Assembly (NCBI GenBank): GCA_965153355.1
Contig: OZ231126.1
Location: 46,004,001 to 46,068,000 of the forward strand
Length of the DNA stretch: 64,000 bases
Source of the DNA: Flaccisagitta enflata
Taxonomy: Eukaryota
Reading direction: 5' to 3'
Shown here piece by piece: positions 51,358-64,000 of this stretch (its first letter is position 1; each line of letters begins with the position of its first letter). A model generated the notes under the pieces. It did not search any database. It saw nothing but the letters and a program-made list of their open reading frames with translations, and was not told the origin of the DNA. A program made the position numbers and the translations under genes.

Positions 51358-53409
51358 TCATGCGCGATGGGTTTCTTCATGTCTGTTCAAGTCACGCTTT
51401 CCAGTGTAGGCGGCTGGACAATTTGCACACTTGAAGGGCTTTTCTCCGGTATGAATCATCTTGTGAAATTTCAACGATCGTTTTGTCTTCAGCGACGCGG
51501 AACATATGGTACATACGAATGGATTACCCGCGATATGGGACTTGATATGTGATTTCAAAGCCCATTTTGATTTCAAAGTCGCCGAGCATGTGTCACATAC
51601 AAATTGTTTTACTCCGTTGTGGAAATTCTCGACTTCCGCTTTTGTGTGATTTCCATCTGGACAAGTACCACTTGAAAAAGTCTCATCATCGAAATGAGAC
51701 CGCTTGTGTAGCTTTAAGCCTTGGCTTGTGGTAAAGGCGGATGTGCAAGCGTCGCATTGGTATGGTTTTTCGCCAGTGTGGATTCTTTTGTGAACTGTCA
51801 AACTCCCTTTTTCAGAAAACGCTTTTCGACAAGTGTCGCATTGAAACGGCTTCTCACCCGTATGCGTCCGCTCATGTTTTACTAAGTTACCTTTTCTGGA
51901 AAATGCCATGGGACACGCGCCACATTTGTACGGTTTTTCGTCTGTGTGGATCCTCTTGTGTAAGATCATGCCAGATTGTTGGGCGAATTCTTTCTGACAA
52001 ATATCGCATTGGTATGGCTTTTTGCTGGAATGGGTCCTCATGTGAATCTTAAGATTATCACTTTTCGCGAACATCATAGGACAGGTTTCACACTTGAAAG
52101 GCCTCTCTCCCGTGTGTAGTCTTTTATGCGCTTCCAAGTCAAATTTTCGTTTATATGTAGAGGGGCATGTATCGCATACGAAAGGCCTCGCTCCAGTGTG
52201 GCTCCATTTGTGTTTGGTCAAGTGCTGTTTTTGAGTGAATGCCATTGGACACTCATCACATTCGTATGGCCTTTCACCGGTATGAATTCTGTTGTGCTGC
52301 TCTAGTTGACAGTTGGAGGTGAATGCTTTGGGACAAACAACACATTTGAATGTTTTTTCTCTCGCATGTTTTTGTTGATTAACTTTGCTCTTGTCCGTTG
52401 GACGAACGTCCTCTGAGTGAATCAATTTATGTTTTATCAAGGTTCCCTTCTGCTTGAATGCGGAGGGACAAGAATCACACTTGAATTTTTTTTCTTTATC
52501 GTGGGTTCTGAGATGATTTCTCAGCAAATGTTTGCCGTGGAATGCCTTTTGACAAACGTGACATTCGAAAGGTTTGTCTCCGGTGTGACTGAATTTGTGC
52601 ATCGTTAGATATTGCTTGGTGGTAAAGGCCTTTGGACAGACATCGCAATTAAATGTCTTTTTTTCACCGCCGTGAACTGTCTTGTGTTTCTTCAAATCAC
52701 CACTCTGAGCAAACGCTGAAGGACAAATATCGCATTTGAACGTTTTTTCTCCAGTGTGGATTCTTGTGTGTCTTTTCAAATTTTGTCTCTGGACGAAAGC
52801 CTTTGGACAATAATCACATTTGTAAGGCTTTAATCCGTCGTGAACATATTTTTTGTGCGTGACTAAGTGAGGTCTTTGGCGAAATGACGAATGACAAATG
52901 TCTCACTGAAACGGTTTTTCCCCATTATGGGCTGCAATGTGTGTTTTAAGATATTGCTTGTAAGCAAAGGTCTTTGGACAGACATTGCAATTAAAGGTTT
53001 TTTTGTCACCGCTATGTACTGTCTTGTGCCTCTTTAATTCACTGCTATGAGCGAATGCCAAGGGACAAGAACTACATTTAAACGGTTTTTCCCCGGTATG
53101 GATCCTTGTGTGTGATTTCAAACCTTCTCTCATGGCGAAAGACTTTGGACAATATTTACACTGGAAAGGTCTTTCTCCAGAATGAATTTTCTTATGGGTG
53201 ACCAAGTGGGGTTTTTGACGAAATGACGAAAAGCAAATGTCGCACTGATATGGTTTCTCCCCAGTATGGATTCTCATGTGTAATTTTAAATATCCTTTTG
53301 TTTTGAAAGTAGATGGACATGCTCCACACGTTATTGGCTTTTCGTCGAGATTATTTTCAGAGAAAGTTGTCGACGTCTCGAATTTGGGTTGTTTTTGTTT
53401 GGATTCCAT
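51358..53409 (-). CDS. Poly-C2H2 zinc finger gene (~22 fingers, ~683 codons) with one in-frame TGA at 52905-52903; pseudogene, null allele or sequencing error
   Basis: ORFs 53409-52903 and 52779-51358 share a frame and are joined by PFQ*DICHSSFRQRPHLVTHKKYVHDGLKPYKCDYCPKAF. HTGEKP linkers throughout. Confidence 0.9.
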
Positions 53410-54448
53410 TTGATACCGTTGGATTTTTTCAGAAATAGTTATCGTTGTGTTTTTTCTCTCTCTCTTTTTTTGGGGTTCTGAATATTTCTGAATTCAGAAT
53501 GTTACCCAAAATTTGTGTGACAATGTATTTTGCTGTGTACGTATTCATCTATTTTCGTTCTTGTCCCCATAAAATTCTGTTAATGAAAAGGAAAGTTGAT
53601 GATGTTGATGATCTTGATGAAAATCAGAGCTTAGGCTGACTATGCATCGAACCAAAATATTGATCTAGATTAATTATTTATTTATTTGCATTGAGAATCA
53701 TTTGTGTTCAAAATCAGTTGGAAAAACTGAGAGAAAAAATAGAAAATTAACCTCCATTCCTTGACTTGTCTTACGTGAAATTCTTAATCTGTCTCTGAAT
53801 GCATGAATTTGCATTTTTAAAAACATGGCCCTGTTCTTAATCTGTCTCTGAATGCATGAATTTGCATTTCTAAAAACATGGCCCTGTTCTAAAATTTTGC
53901 ATTCAGAGAGAGATTAAGAATTTCACGCGATATGATTTTCCAAACTTGCTTTTTCTGTGCACTGCAACATATCGTTGTTCCGAATTCGGAGCCCCATGAT
54001 GTCCCACTTTGTTTTGTTTTTTTTTTTCATTTTAAGTTATGTTTTAAGTTTTTGTATCATTATCTTTAAATGATGTAAAAATGAATAGTTTTGTTTTGAT
54101 GCTTTGAAAATTTTTGACTACAGTTGGGACATGAGCTTTGAACATGAAATTGGTAATGTTCATAAGTCGCATGCTATGCTACTCTACACCTCGCCACATT
54201 TTCCTTTTTTTCTTAATAATTCTGTTCTCCAATTATGATTTAGATAATAAAAAAAATATCATCTATTTAATTAACTAATTGATTATTCAGGCACATGCTT
54301 CTGGATGACTGCTAATTCAATAAAAGAGTGCAGAAGCATTAGATGGTCAGCGGTACCCGTGCCCTGCTTAAGTAGGTTGAAATTGAAGTCGGAGGAGGGA
54401 GCAGGGCAGCGGCCCTAGAGGGGCCGATGAGAAAAGAAGAAGAAGAAA

Positions 54449-54479
<31 letters not shown>

Positions 54480-54626
54480 AGAAGAATAAAAAGAGGAAGA
54501 AGAAGAAGAAGAAGAAGAAGAAGAAGAAGAAGAAGAAGAAGAAGAAGAAGAAGAAGAAGAAGAAAAAGAAGAGTGATGCGGAGTAGCAGATTCATGTGCG
54601 AACTCGCATTTGCTGTCTGTCTCTCT

Positions 54627-54690
<64 letters not shown>

Positions 54691-56116
54691 AGTTGCGGAC
54701 ACACAACTCTATAAATGGTTTTGTCCGTCCATCTGTCTGTCCATTGGTCGGTCTGTCGGTCCATGAACACGAGTCAAAAAGTGCGAAAACGAGCGTTTTA
54801 GATGCTTTTTTTTTGTATGTGAGTAGGGGACTTGGGGTGTGGATGGGGTTTGGATGCCCCTGCCCACCCAATATTGTGACCCCGCGTCACTTGATTTTTT
54901 TTCTTTTTCTCTCTCCCACTTGCGCTGTTTTCTTTTGCTCTGTCAAAGTCAATCAATTATTACAGTGGTGTATGATGAAAAAGCACATGTTGGTCTCTGC
55001 TTATTTTAGGCCTGATAACAGTCGCAATTGGGCCAGTCACAATTAATGGCCGCGTGTTGGTTGATATCTTGATGCATCTGAATATGGCGCTTAACAAAGC
55101 ATTGTTCGTTTGTCAGTGAGGGAATCATGTCGGAGGTGAAAGTGACAATAACGTCATACAGCTCCAATTTGTTATGAGGAAAGGCTAATTTCCTCCGTAC
55201 CCATTGTCATTGACTTTGATAAGTCTTTAAACGCAATTGCTTAAATAACTCCGTTCATGCTAGAGTGATACTCTCATATATTCAGCCAACTCCATGAACA
55301 CATCACGATCTCATCACATCTTTAGAGCAGCATTGATATTAAAGAGACAAGAGCTGACAGAACTATCTAAAAATAGTTGTGGATGTCAAAGCATTTTGCT
55401 GCTGATTAGGAGAGATTTGATGCGTAATTTAAGTTGTGCAGCAGTATGTATATATACACCAGTAGAGCAAGTAAAAGGAGGCTACAAAAAATGATACCTG
55501 TTGTCCGACACATGTCAATGTTTGTGGGTTGGTCTTGTGCTTGACTATTTTCTCATGCATGCAAAATCCTTCTTTTACTCAATATGAGAAAGAGAGACGA
55601 GTCGGCAGGTTCCAAAGGAAAATGTATGCTACTGGACAGGATTGAAAAATATGCCCGCTTGCCTTCATTCCTTACTAGCATTCCTTCCTTCCTTCACTGC
55701 TCTCTTCCTTCCTCCCTTCTTTCCCTTCCGTTTCTTCGCAAGTGACCTAAAAACAAGCATGAAGACTTTTGACTTGAGACATTGAAGAACTCATTCTAGT
55801 AGAGTCTCTACTCGGCTGCAACATTTGCATAACGCGAATATATTTTGGCCTGCATGTTCTTGAAAATCTCCCGCCATGATAAATACCTCCTCGCATCTTA
55901 TCCCCTTCTGTCAGTTAGTCCCCCTTTCACTGTGACAAAAACGCTTAAAAACGCCAAAACCATATGTTTGTACTTGACGCCAAATACAGACTTTCATTCA
56001 TTCCGTTTCCAGTCATTCCTTTATTCATTCATTCATTTACTCATTCATTCATTCATTCATTCATTCATTCATTCATTCATCCATTCATTCATTCATTCAT
56101 TCATTCATTCATTCAT

Positions 56117-56725
56117 CACTGCTTTCTGACAGAGGATTTGTGACAAGAACGATATCACTCCGGGTTTTTCTGCATTTTTGTGTAGGTCATAGGCATACAA
56201 ATCAAGAACTGTCCAGTGGAAAATCATCCCTAGAGCGCATTTTGAAAAAAGTCAAAATAATGATTTTAGTTTCATTATAGATAATAACTTAGCAGGTTGG
56301 TCTGACTAATTTTTGACAGTATATTATCAATCTGACTACCCCTTTCATTTGATAGGTCGCACTATATGGTTTTAAAAAGAAATAACATTTTCTTTTTTTT
56401 TGCCACCGTTACAAAAATTGCAACGGTGGCCTAAAATTGGAAAATTTAATTTTTCATCAAAACCATATAGTGCGACCTATCAAATGAAAGGGAATTTTAT
56501 CAGGATTAACAATATGCTATCAAAAAAAGTGTCAGACCAAACTGAAAATTTTTTTGTGAAAAATGAAGCTAAAAATTATAATTTTTTGACTTTTTTTCAA
56601 AATGCGCTCTAGGATGATTTTCCACTGAATGGTTCTTGATTTGTAAGCCTATGACCTACACACAAAATAAAGAAAAACCCGGAGTGATATCATTCTTGTC
56701 ACAAATCTTCTGTCAGAAAGCAGTG
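56117..56725. mobile_element. Foldback MITE with CACTG...CAGTG ends (Chapaev/CMC-like) inside a (TCAT)n microsatellite
   Basis: CACTGCTTTCTGACAGAGGATTTGTGACAAG ... CTTGTCACAAATCTTCTGTCAGAAAGCAGTG; the arms pair over ~270 bp; TCAT on both sides. Confidence 0.8.
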
Positions 56726-57214
56726 TCATTCATTCATCCCTTCATTCATTCATTCATTCATCATTCATTCATTCATTCATTCATTCATTCATTAATACAT
56801 TCATTCATTTGTTCATTCATTTGTTAATTCGTCCATTCGTCCATTCGTCCATCCATTTATTCATTCATTCATTCATTCATTCATTCATTCATTCATTCAT
56901 TCATTCATTCATTCATTCATTCATTCATTCATTCAAATTAGGACACTCATATTCGGACGCATCTTTGACACATTCACTTCCGCTCAAAAAAAATCGTCTT
57001 TCGTTTTTGGTTGTTGAAAAAGTTAAGCCTTATCGCCCTCTCGCGGCACTAAGTCTAAGAAAGCACTGAGAAGCCATCGTTATCGCTGTTGCGCCCCACG
57101 ACTCGTCACAAGCCCCTTAGTCTGACCCTTATACACGCAGGAAGAAAAAAGAAAGACAGAATCTCGAGAGCGGGTGATCGCTTCGTCACGGATTCAACCG
57201 GAAAGGGAAACGAA

Positions 57215-57297
<83 letters not shown>

Positions 57298-57524
57298 GTG
57301 ATGGAAAGGATAAGGAAAGAAAAGAGGACAGAAACAAACCAGAGAGCAAAGATGAAAAGAAAAAGTGGGACCAGGCTAGGCTAGGTGGCGAGGGACAGAC
57401 TGAGTTTACGGGAAAAGACAGAATTGGAGAAAAGAGGAAAGAAAGAAAGATTGAAAGAAAGAAAGAAAGGAAGAAAGGAAGAGAGAAGAGAAAGAAAGCA
57501 GGAAAGAAAGAGAGAAAGAAAGAT

Positions 57525-57559
<35 letters not shown>

Positions 57560-57591
57560 AAAGAAGAAAGAAAGAAAGAAGAAAGAAAGAG

Positions 57592-57634
<43 letters not shown>

Positions 57635-57703
57635 CAGAATGAGGGAAAGGAATAAAAGAAGGAAGAGTAGATATAGGAAAGAAAGAAAAATAAGAAAGAA
57701 CGA

Positions 57704-57778
<75 letters not shown>

Positions 57779-57800
57779 GAAGCAAGAACGAAAATCCAAA
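57215..57800. repeat. (AG)n and (GAAA)n microsatellites
   Basis: Direct reading. Confidence 0.95.
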
Positions 57801-58162
57801 GAAAGGCCATGAGAGAAAGACGGACAAAAAAAATGGAAAGGGAAAAAGATGGAAAGAAAGTAAGAAAGAAAAAAAGAAGGAAAATGAAGGAATGAAAATG
57901 ATAAAAAAAAATAAAGAAAAGAGAAAAAGAAAGAGAACAAGGTCATTACACCTAAGTGGCGTGCGTCGGTATTTTCAGAAAAGGTTAAACAGACAGACCA
58001 ACAGACTAAATCTTTCAAAAAGACCTTTGAATTAGCAGTCTCTATCTCCAAGTTCAAGTCCAAGTTCAAAAGTGTAAAAAACGCATAAAAGTGCCTTTCA
58101 ACAATTTAGTGATGGACGGACCGATGGACAGACCGACGGACCGAAAAGTGGCTTATAGAGTA

Positions 58163-61100
58163 GGACAGGGGTTCTGACACAGATTTTGGCAGATCCTTCT
58201 TGTTAACGGCACTTTGGCTCAAAATCAATGTAGTATTAATGTTCTGCCTTCAAAAGTCGCATTGGGTATCAGGAAATTGTGACCGCCACCCCCCACCCCC
58301 CCTCAGAAGGTGGTGACCTCTAAAGATTAAGCAATTCATCTCTTTTGCTAATAAATTCTTAATGGATCATCTAAAAGCCCAGATGGTCTCATTGAGGTTA
58401 TATTTATGTGGAGAACATGAAAGATTACTGATATGAAAGAGGGGTTCTGAGGGGGGCCCTAAGGGGCCCCTTAAATTGATTGAAGGGGCCCCAAAGCATC
58501 CAATACATGAAAATGTGCAAAAATTTGTTAAAAAAACTAGGTAATGGTGTCATTTTAAACATTTCTACCCATAGAATATGAAAAATTACTGATATGGAAG
58601 AGGGGGCTCCAAAGGGGCCCCTAAAGAACCCCAAAGAGATTAAAGGGGCCCTTGAAGGCTCATAACCATAAAAATGTAGATTGGACTCTCTGAAAAATCT
58701 GGTTGTGGTGTTTTTGGAAGGTATCTACGTGGAGAACATGAAACATTATTGACATGGATGATGGGGTCCCTAGGTGGCCGATTAGGGCCCCCAAAGGGAT
58801 TGAAGAGGACCCCAAAGGATCTAGAAGCCTGTGGAAAATTTAAAATGAATTGTTCAAAATCTGGAAGTGGGTCTCATTTAGAAGGTATTTACATAAAAAA
58901 CATAAAATGTTACTGATATGGAAAATTTGGTTTCCAGGGGGCCTCTAAGGAGCCGCTAGGTAGGGAAAGAGGGTCTGATTTAATCTAAAATCATGAAAAT
59001 TTTGAATTGTCTTAGTTTTCTCTAAAAGACAGGACCAAAATAAACAAACAGAGAGGTATACAGACAGACAGACAGACACACATAGGAGTTGACATCCATA
59101 ACTGATTGCCCAGCTAAACTCAACTGAACTCCACACTCTGCACTCTGCACTCTCACTCTCTTGGTTTATCCGCCCATTTGTCTGGCTGTCTTTTTGTCCA
59201 TCTCTTTGTCTGTATACCTATCTGTTTGTTTATTTCGGTCTGTCTTTTAGAGAAAACTATGACAATTCAAGATTTTCATGATTTTTGATTCATTGGGGCC
59301 CTTGGGCAGCGGCCCCGAAGGGGTGACCGTAGTCCTGCAGAACAGGATTCTCGCCGTCCGTCTGTCCGTCTGCCTGTCTGTCCGTCTCTCTTCTGGCCCT
59401 CAGGCCTCAAATCTGGCCTCCTCAGCCCAAATCTGGCCTCAAGCCTCAAATCCAGCCTCTCAGGCCTCAAATCTTGCCTCTCAGGCCTGAAATCCAACCT
59501 CTCAGGTCTCCAACCCGGCCTCTCAAGCCTTAAATTATGCCTCTCAGGCCTCAAATCTTGCCTCTCAGGCCTCAAACCTGGCCTTCAGGCCTCCAACCGG
59601 GGCCTCTCAGGCTCAAACCCACCAGCCTTAATTTATTGCTCAGGTTTCAAATCGTCCTCTGATATCAGTTTTCCAATCCAGCCTCCTCCCAAGCTCAAGT
59701 CAGCCTTCCAAGCTTCCAATTGGCATTCTCAGGCCTTAGATCAGCTGTCTTAGACCTCAGTTTTGCTCTTGATACCTTCAGTCACTTCTGCGGCATCTCA
59801 TCCACTTCCAGCCAGACGAACGAAAGTCCTCTGTGTTCTACAGGACTTTGTCCCCTTCGGGGCCGCTGCCCTGCTTCCCCTCCCTCCGATTTACAATTAC
59901 AGTGGACTACCGCATTTTCGTCACCTGATTTAATGACATTTCGGATTTAACAGCCAAGTTTCTTTAGTCCCAAATTTTTACGGGCTTTTGTAATGTTAAT
60001 TTCACTCGAATTAACAACACCTGATTTAACATCCAAACCTGATTTAAAGTCGCGATTTTTAAGTCCCATGGATGACTGTAACCTGATTTAGTGACATCAA
60101 CCTCTTAATTGATAATTTTCTGTAACTTAAAATTTTCATTACAATACTTATAGGTTTTAATATACTCTAAAAATGCAAAAAGGTTAAACATGAGGTCAAA
60201 CATGAAAACATTTTACAACAAAGCCAGATACACGGCTACCCCAGTTGCGTGCGGGTAGGCAGGGCCATATTTGAGGTCACTAGAGCATTTAGGCAGGAGC
60301 AGTATCATCAAAGAATGAAAATCATAAAAAAAAGTAAACTGTGCCCAATCAACGGATGGACGAACGGACAATGTAAGGTGGAATCATGTAGCACGAGACT
60401 GAAAATGTTGCCATATCATGGACTAAGAGGTTTAAATATCAATTTTGTTAGAAACAATTTGAAATAAAACTCATTATATGTGATATTCAATGGGGGTTCA
60501 GAAGGCCCTCTTCCAGTTATTTCAGTTTGGATAAAGTGAGGTATTTTATTCCACTTTTCATACAAATATGTTATACTAATACTAATACTAAAAGAGGCTA
60601 TCTCTTAGCTTATGTGATGGTTTGTTGGCCAGTCACACAAATGCTATGGTGAGTACATACACAAACATATGAAAGTATTTTTCAAAACTTTCTTAACTAA
60701 ATATATCTAAAACTATAAATTCGATTTAACAACACTCGGATTTAACGACCAAAATTCCCCAGTCCCTTCAAGGTCGTTAAATCGGGTTCCCACTGTACTC
60801 AAAGCAGGGCAACGGGTATCGCTGACCACATATTGCCCTTGGGCGACCTGTTTACTCCTTAGCGGCTCCTTAGAGGCCCCCTGGAAACCAAATTTTCCAT
60901 ATCAGTAACGTTTTACGTTTCTTATGTGAATACCTTCCAAATGAGACCACTACTAGTTTTTTGAACAATTCATTTTAAATTTTCAAGACTTTAGATCCTT
61001 TGGGGTCCTCTTCAATCCCTTTGGGGGCCCTAAGCGGCCACCTAGGGACCCCATCATCCATGTCAATAACATTTCATGTTCTCCACGTAGATACCTTCCA

Positions 61101-61650
61101 AAAACACCACAATCAGATTTATCAAAGAGTTCAATCTACATTTTCATGGTTATAGATCCTTCAAGGGCCCCTTTCACCTGTTTGGGGTTCTTTAGGGGCC
61201 CCTTTGGAGCCCCCTCTTCCATATCAGTAATTTTTCATATTCTATGGGTAGAAACGTTTTAAATGACACCATTACTTAGTTTTTTTTAACAAATCATTGC
61301 ACATTTTCATGTATTGGATACTTTGGGGTCCCCTTCAGTCACTTTAGGGGCCCCTTAGGGGCCCCCCTTGGGACTCCTCTTTCATATCAGTAATCTTTCA
61401 TGTTCTCCACGTAAATACCTTTCAAATGAGACCATCACCAGGCGTTTTGAATGATCCATTTAGAATATATCAGCAAAAGAAGGCGAATTGCTTAATCTTT
61501 AGAGGTCACAACCTTCTGAGGGGGGTGGTGCCTGGGCAATTTGAAATCAACAAGGATTTCTTGAAGGCAGAACATTAATACTACATTGATTGTGAGCTAA
61601 AAGTGCTTAATAAGAAGGATCTGCCAAAATCTGTGTCAGAACCCCTGTCC
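58163..61650. mobile_element. Large foldback element with ~800-bp inverted arms and nested insertions
   Basis: TA|GGACAGGGGTTCTGACACAGATTTTGGCAGATCCTTCT ... AGAAGGATCTGCCAAAATCTGTGTCAGAACCCCTGTCC|TA; arms ~58163-58958 and ~60859-61650. Confidence 0.85.
59900..60795. mobile_element. Pogo/Tigger-like MITE
   Basis: TA|CAGTGGACTACCG ... CGGGTTCCCACTG|TA; internal GATTTAAC repeats; contains a HINE at ~60217-60404. Confidence 0.7.
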
Positions 61651-62155
61651 TAATATCTAAGTACCTATATCTTCCTATAATTACCCACATTTACCTAAAA
61701 CTACCTGTAAATACCTATAATTACCTACAATTACATTAAATTACCATAAATTATCTATAATCACCTATAATTACCCATTACCTCAATTTATAGTCCAATT
61801 TATAGTCCGAGACAACTTTTCTGACTTATATGATACAGATTACTAAAATACCTATATTTACCTATAATTACCTAAAATTACCAAATTACCTATAATTACC
61901 AAAAAATTACCTATACCTTAATAATCTCAATTGGTTTTTAAACGACTATAAAGCCTATTTCAAAAAAAAGGGACCGACTGACCGACTGACCGACATATGG
62001 CTTAGAGTCATGTTCACGCGACTTCAAATGAAGATAAAGACACAACTGACACCTCTAAAACACTAGCTTTGGCATTTTACTCTGCTAAAGAGAGAGAGAG
62101 TCAGAGAGAGAGAGAGAAACAGAGAAACAGAGAGATATAGAGAGAAAGAGAGAAA

Positions 62156-62304
<149 letters not shown>

Positions 62305-62315
62305 AGAGAAAGAGA

Positions 62316-62447
<132 letters not shown>

Positions 62448-62619
62448 TTCTTGGCGGTAACGAGATCGGGCCACTTTGTTCTCAGCCAGTGAATCCTTGC
62501 AGTTCATTCCCGTGTCAAGGCGGCGCCACATGTTATGCTGAAAACGATTTGTATTTTCATGATGGAGAATAAAAACGCGTGAAACACCCTGTATAAAACG
62601 TAAATTGCATCTCCCTCAA

Positions 62620-62808
62620 TTTTTAGTCGCGTGCACGCGACTCTACAACCTGCTTTGTCGGTCCGTCGGTCCGTCCGTCCGCCCATCACACTTTACTTTT
62701 TTTCTGTTTTTGCAGCCTTTGGCCTCACTGCTCCTGCCTAAACGGTTTGTCGCCTCAACATGGCCCTCGCCCACCCGCACGCAACTTGGGTAGCCGTGTA
62801 TCTGGCCT
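62620..62808 (+). mobile_element. HINE-like element, family A
   Basis: TTTTTAGTCGCGTGCACGCGACT...(GTCC/GTCG)n...GCCGTGTATCTGGCCT. Confidence 0.7.
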
Positions 62809-62901
62809 AAATTTTCGAATACCACTTTGGGCATCATCATCAGAGGCAGAATGATGATGCCTCTGATGATGATGCCCAAAGTGGTATTCGAAAATTTAGG
62901 C
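62805..62901. repeat. Perfect 44-bp inverted repeat with a 9-nt loop
   Basis: GCCTAAATTTTCGAATACCACTTTGGGCATCATCATCAGAGGCA (62805-62848) and its exact reverse complement (62858-62901). Confidence 0.95.
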
Positions 62902-64000
62902 AAAATTGTTCGTTTTTGCTCTTCTGCACTGTATTCTCCATCATGAAAATACAAATCGTTTTCAGTATTATACTACCGCACAGAGAGCCAAATAAGCTTG
63001 ATTCCAGGCGATAAACCAAAGGATTTTTTCAATTTCTAACTCTCAATATCTGCTGAAATGAGGAGGAGAGAACAAAATGGGTGTTTTGTTCTCTTAGAGG
63101 GGTTAGAATAAGGGGGTGAGTAGAAAAATGAAAAAAGTTTTTTTTTATCCAAGATATTGCAGTAAAAAGAGGCGATGCCCTGATCATGCCTCATCAAAAA
63201 AATTTTAACACCATTGCATAGAGGAGACTGAGCACATTCTAAATATGTAAGCATATGTGCATATTGCTGCCGCTTTGGCGCTCAGAGCAGATGGAAAGTC
63301 ACTCTGGCAGCAATGGTTTTCAGTGACGATGTCCAGTTGAATCCTGATCTTTCCATCAACAAGAATGGCAAAGTGAGGAAGAGGAAGAGGCTCATTCATC
63401 AAATTGGACATGTTGGTGGCGCCTTGATAAGTCACTCAACTTTGGACAAAAAGTCCTGGGTTCAATCCTTATCTGTAAGTAATACTTTTGATTCTCAAAA
63501 TTCTGCCCCAATGATGCCAATAATACATATAGATTATGGTTCATTAATTCAATTTGTATCAACCCTGTTTAATTCATAAAATATATTTAACTGGGTGTTA
63601 TCAGATGATGAATGGCAGTATTATCCCGTGAATATACAATTTAGCATATTTTTATGATCAATTATTTTTTATTTTGAAGGATCATTTACTTGTGTGTGGA
63701 AAAAAAGGTGTCTATGCAAGGTGTCTATTTGGCGCTGTCCTTTCAGTTCGCCAAATACACTGAGGGGAATTTTTCAAAGGAAAAATGATTGCGACTTAGA
63801 GGATAATATGATGGCGTTATTCTAAAATGGCAGCAAGTTCTTCCCCTATGTTGTTCTTATCATTTTCATTGCAAACTCTGGCAGTTGATCGGAGTGCCCT
63901 CGTCTGTCAATGAGATGCTTAAATAAATCTAAGACATAAGGAAACTGCTCAGCAGATTTGTCTGTGGTACAGTGTGTACCGGTGCTTGCGATAACGATTC

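Noticed and set aside
57174-58069. 212-aa and 291-aa ORFs
   Set aside because: Translations of (AG)n and (GAAA)n repeats.
62863-62893. CTGATGA...CGAAA hammerhead-like core
   Set aside because: Stem II is weak and the sequence is locked in a perfect 44-bp palindrome.

Overview
Eukaryotic, microsatellite-rich animal DNA (invertebrate-like; species not determinable). Positions 1 to ~16,080 hold one large, apparently intact CACTA/EnSpm (CMC) DNA transposon whose left end lies just outside the window. All its genes are on the + strand: a basic low-complexity ORF, an intronless ~897-aa C2H2/DDE transposase, a 16-exon ~1289-aa ORF2 starting after a 14-nt gap, a small 2-exon gene, two paralogous 3-exon TRIM37-like RING+B-box mini-TRIM genes and a dUTPase remnant. 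Upstream of the transposase is an inverted, internally deleted, diverged copy of the transposase catalytic core (1502-2076), a candidate built-in antisense/hairpin regulator. The remaining ~48 kb is mostly nested non-autonomous repeats (Helentron/HINE-like elements, MITEs, foldbacks, a ~1-kb tandem repeat, a 5'-truncated LINE). It also holds a minus-strand ~22-finger C2H2 gene interrupted by one in-frame TGA at a zinc-ligand Cys. Exon boundaries and alignments were read by eye; no database searches were run.
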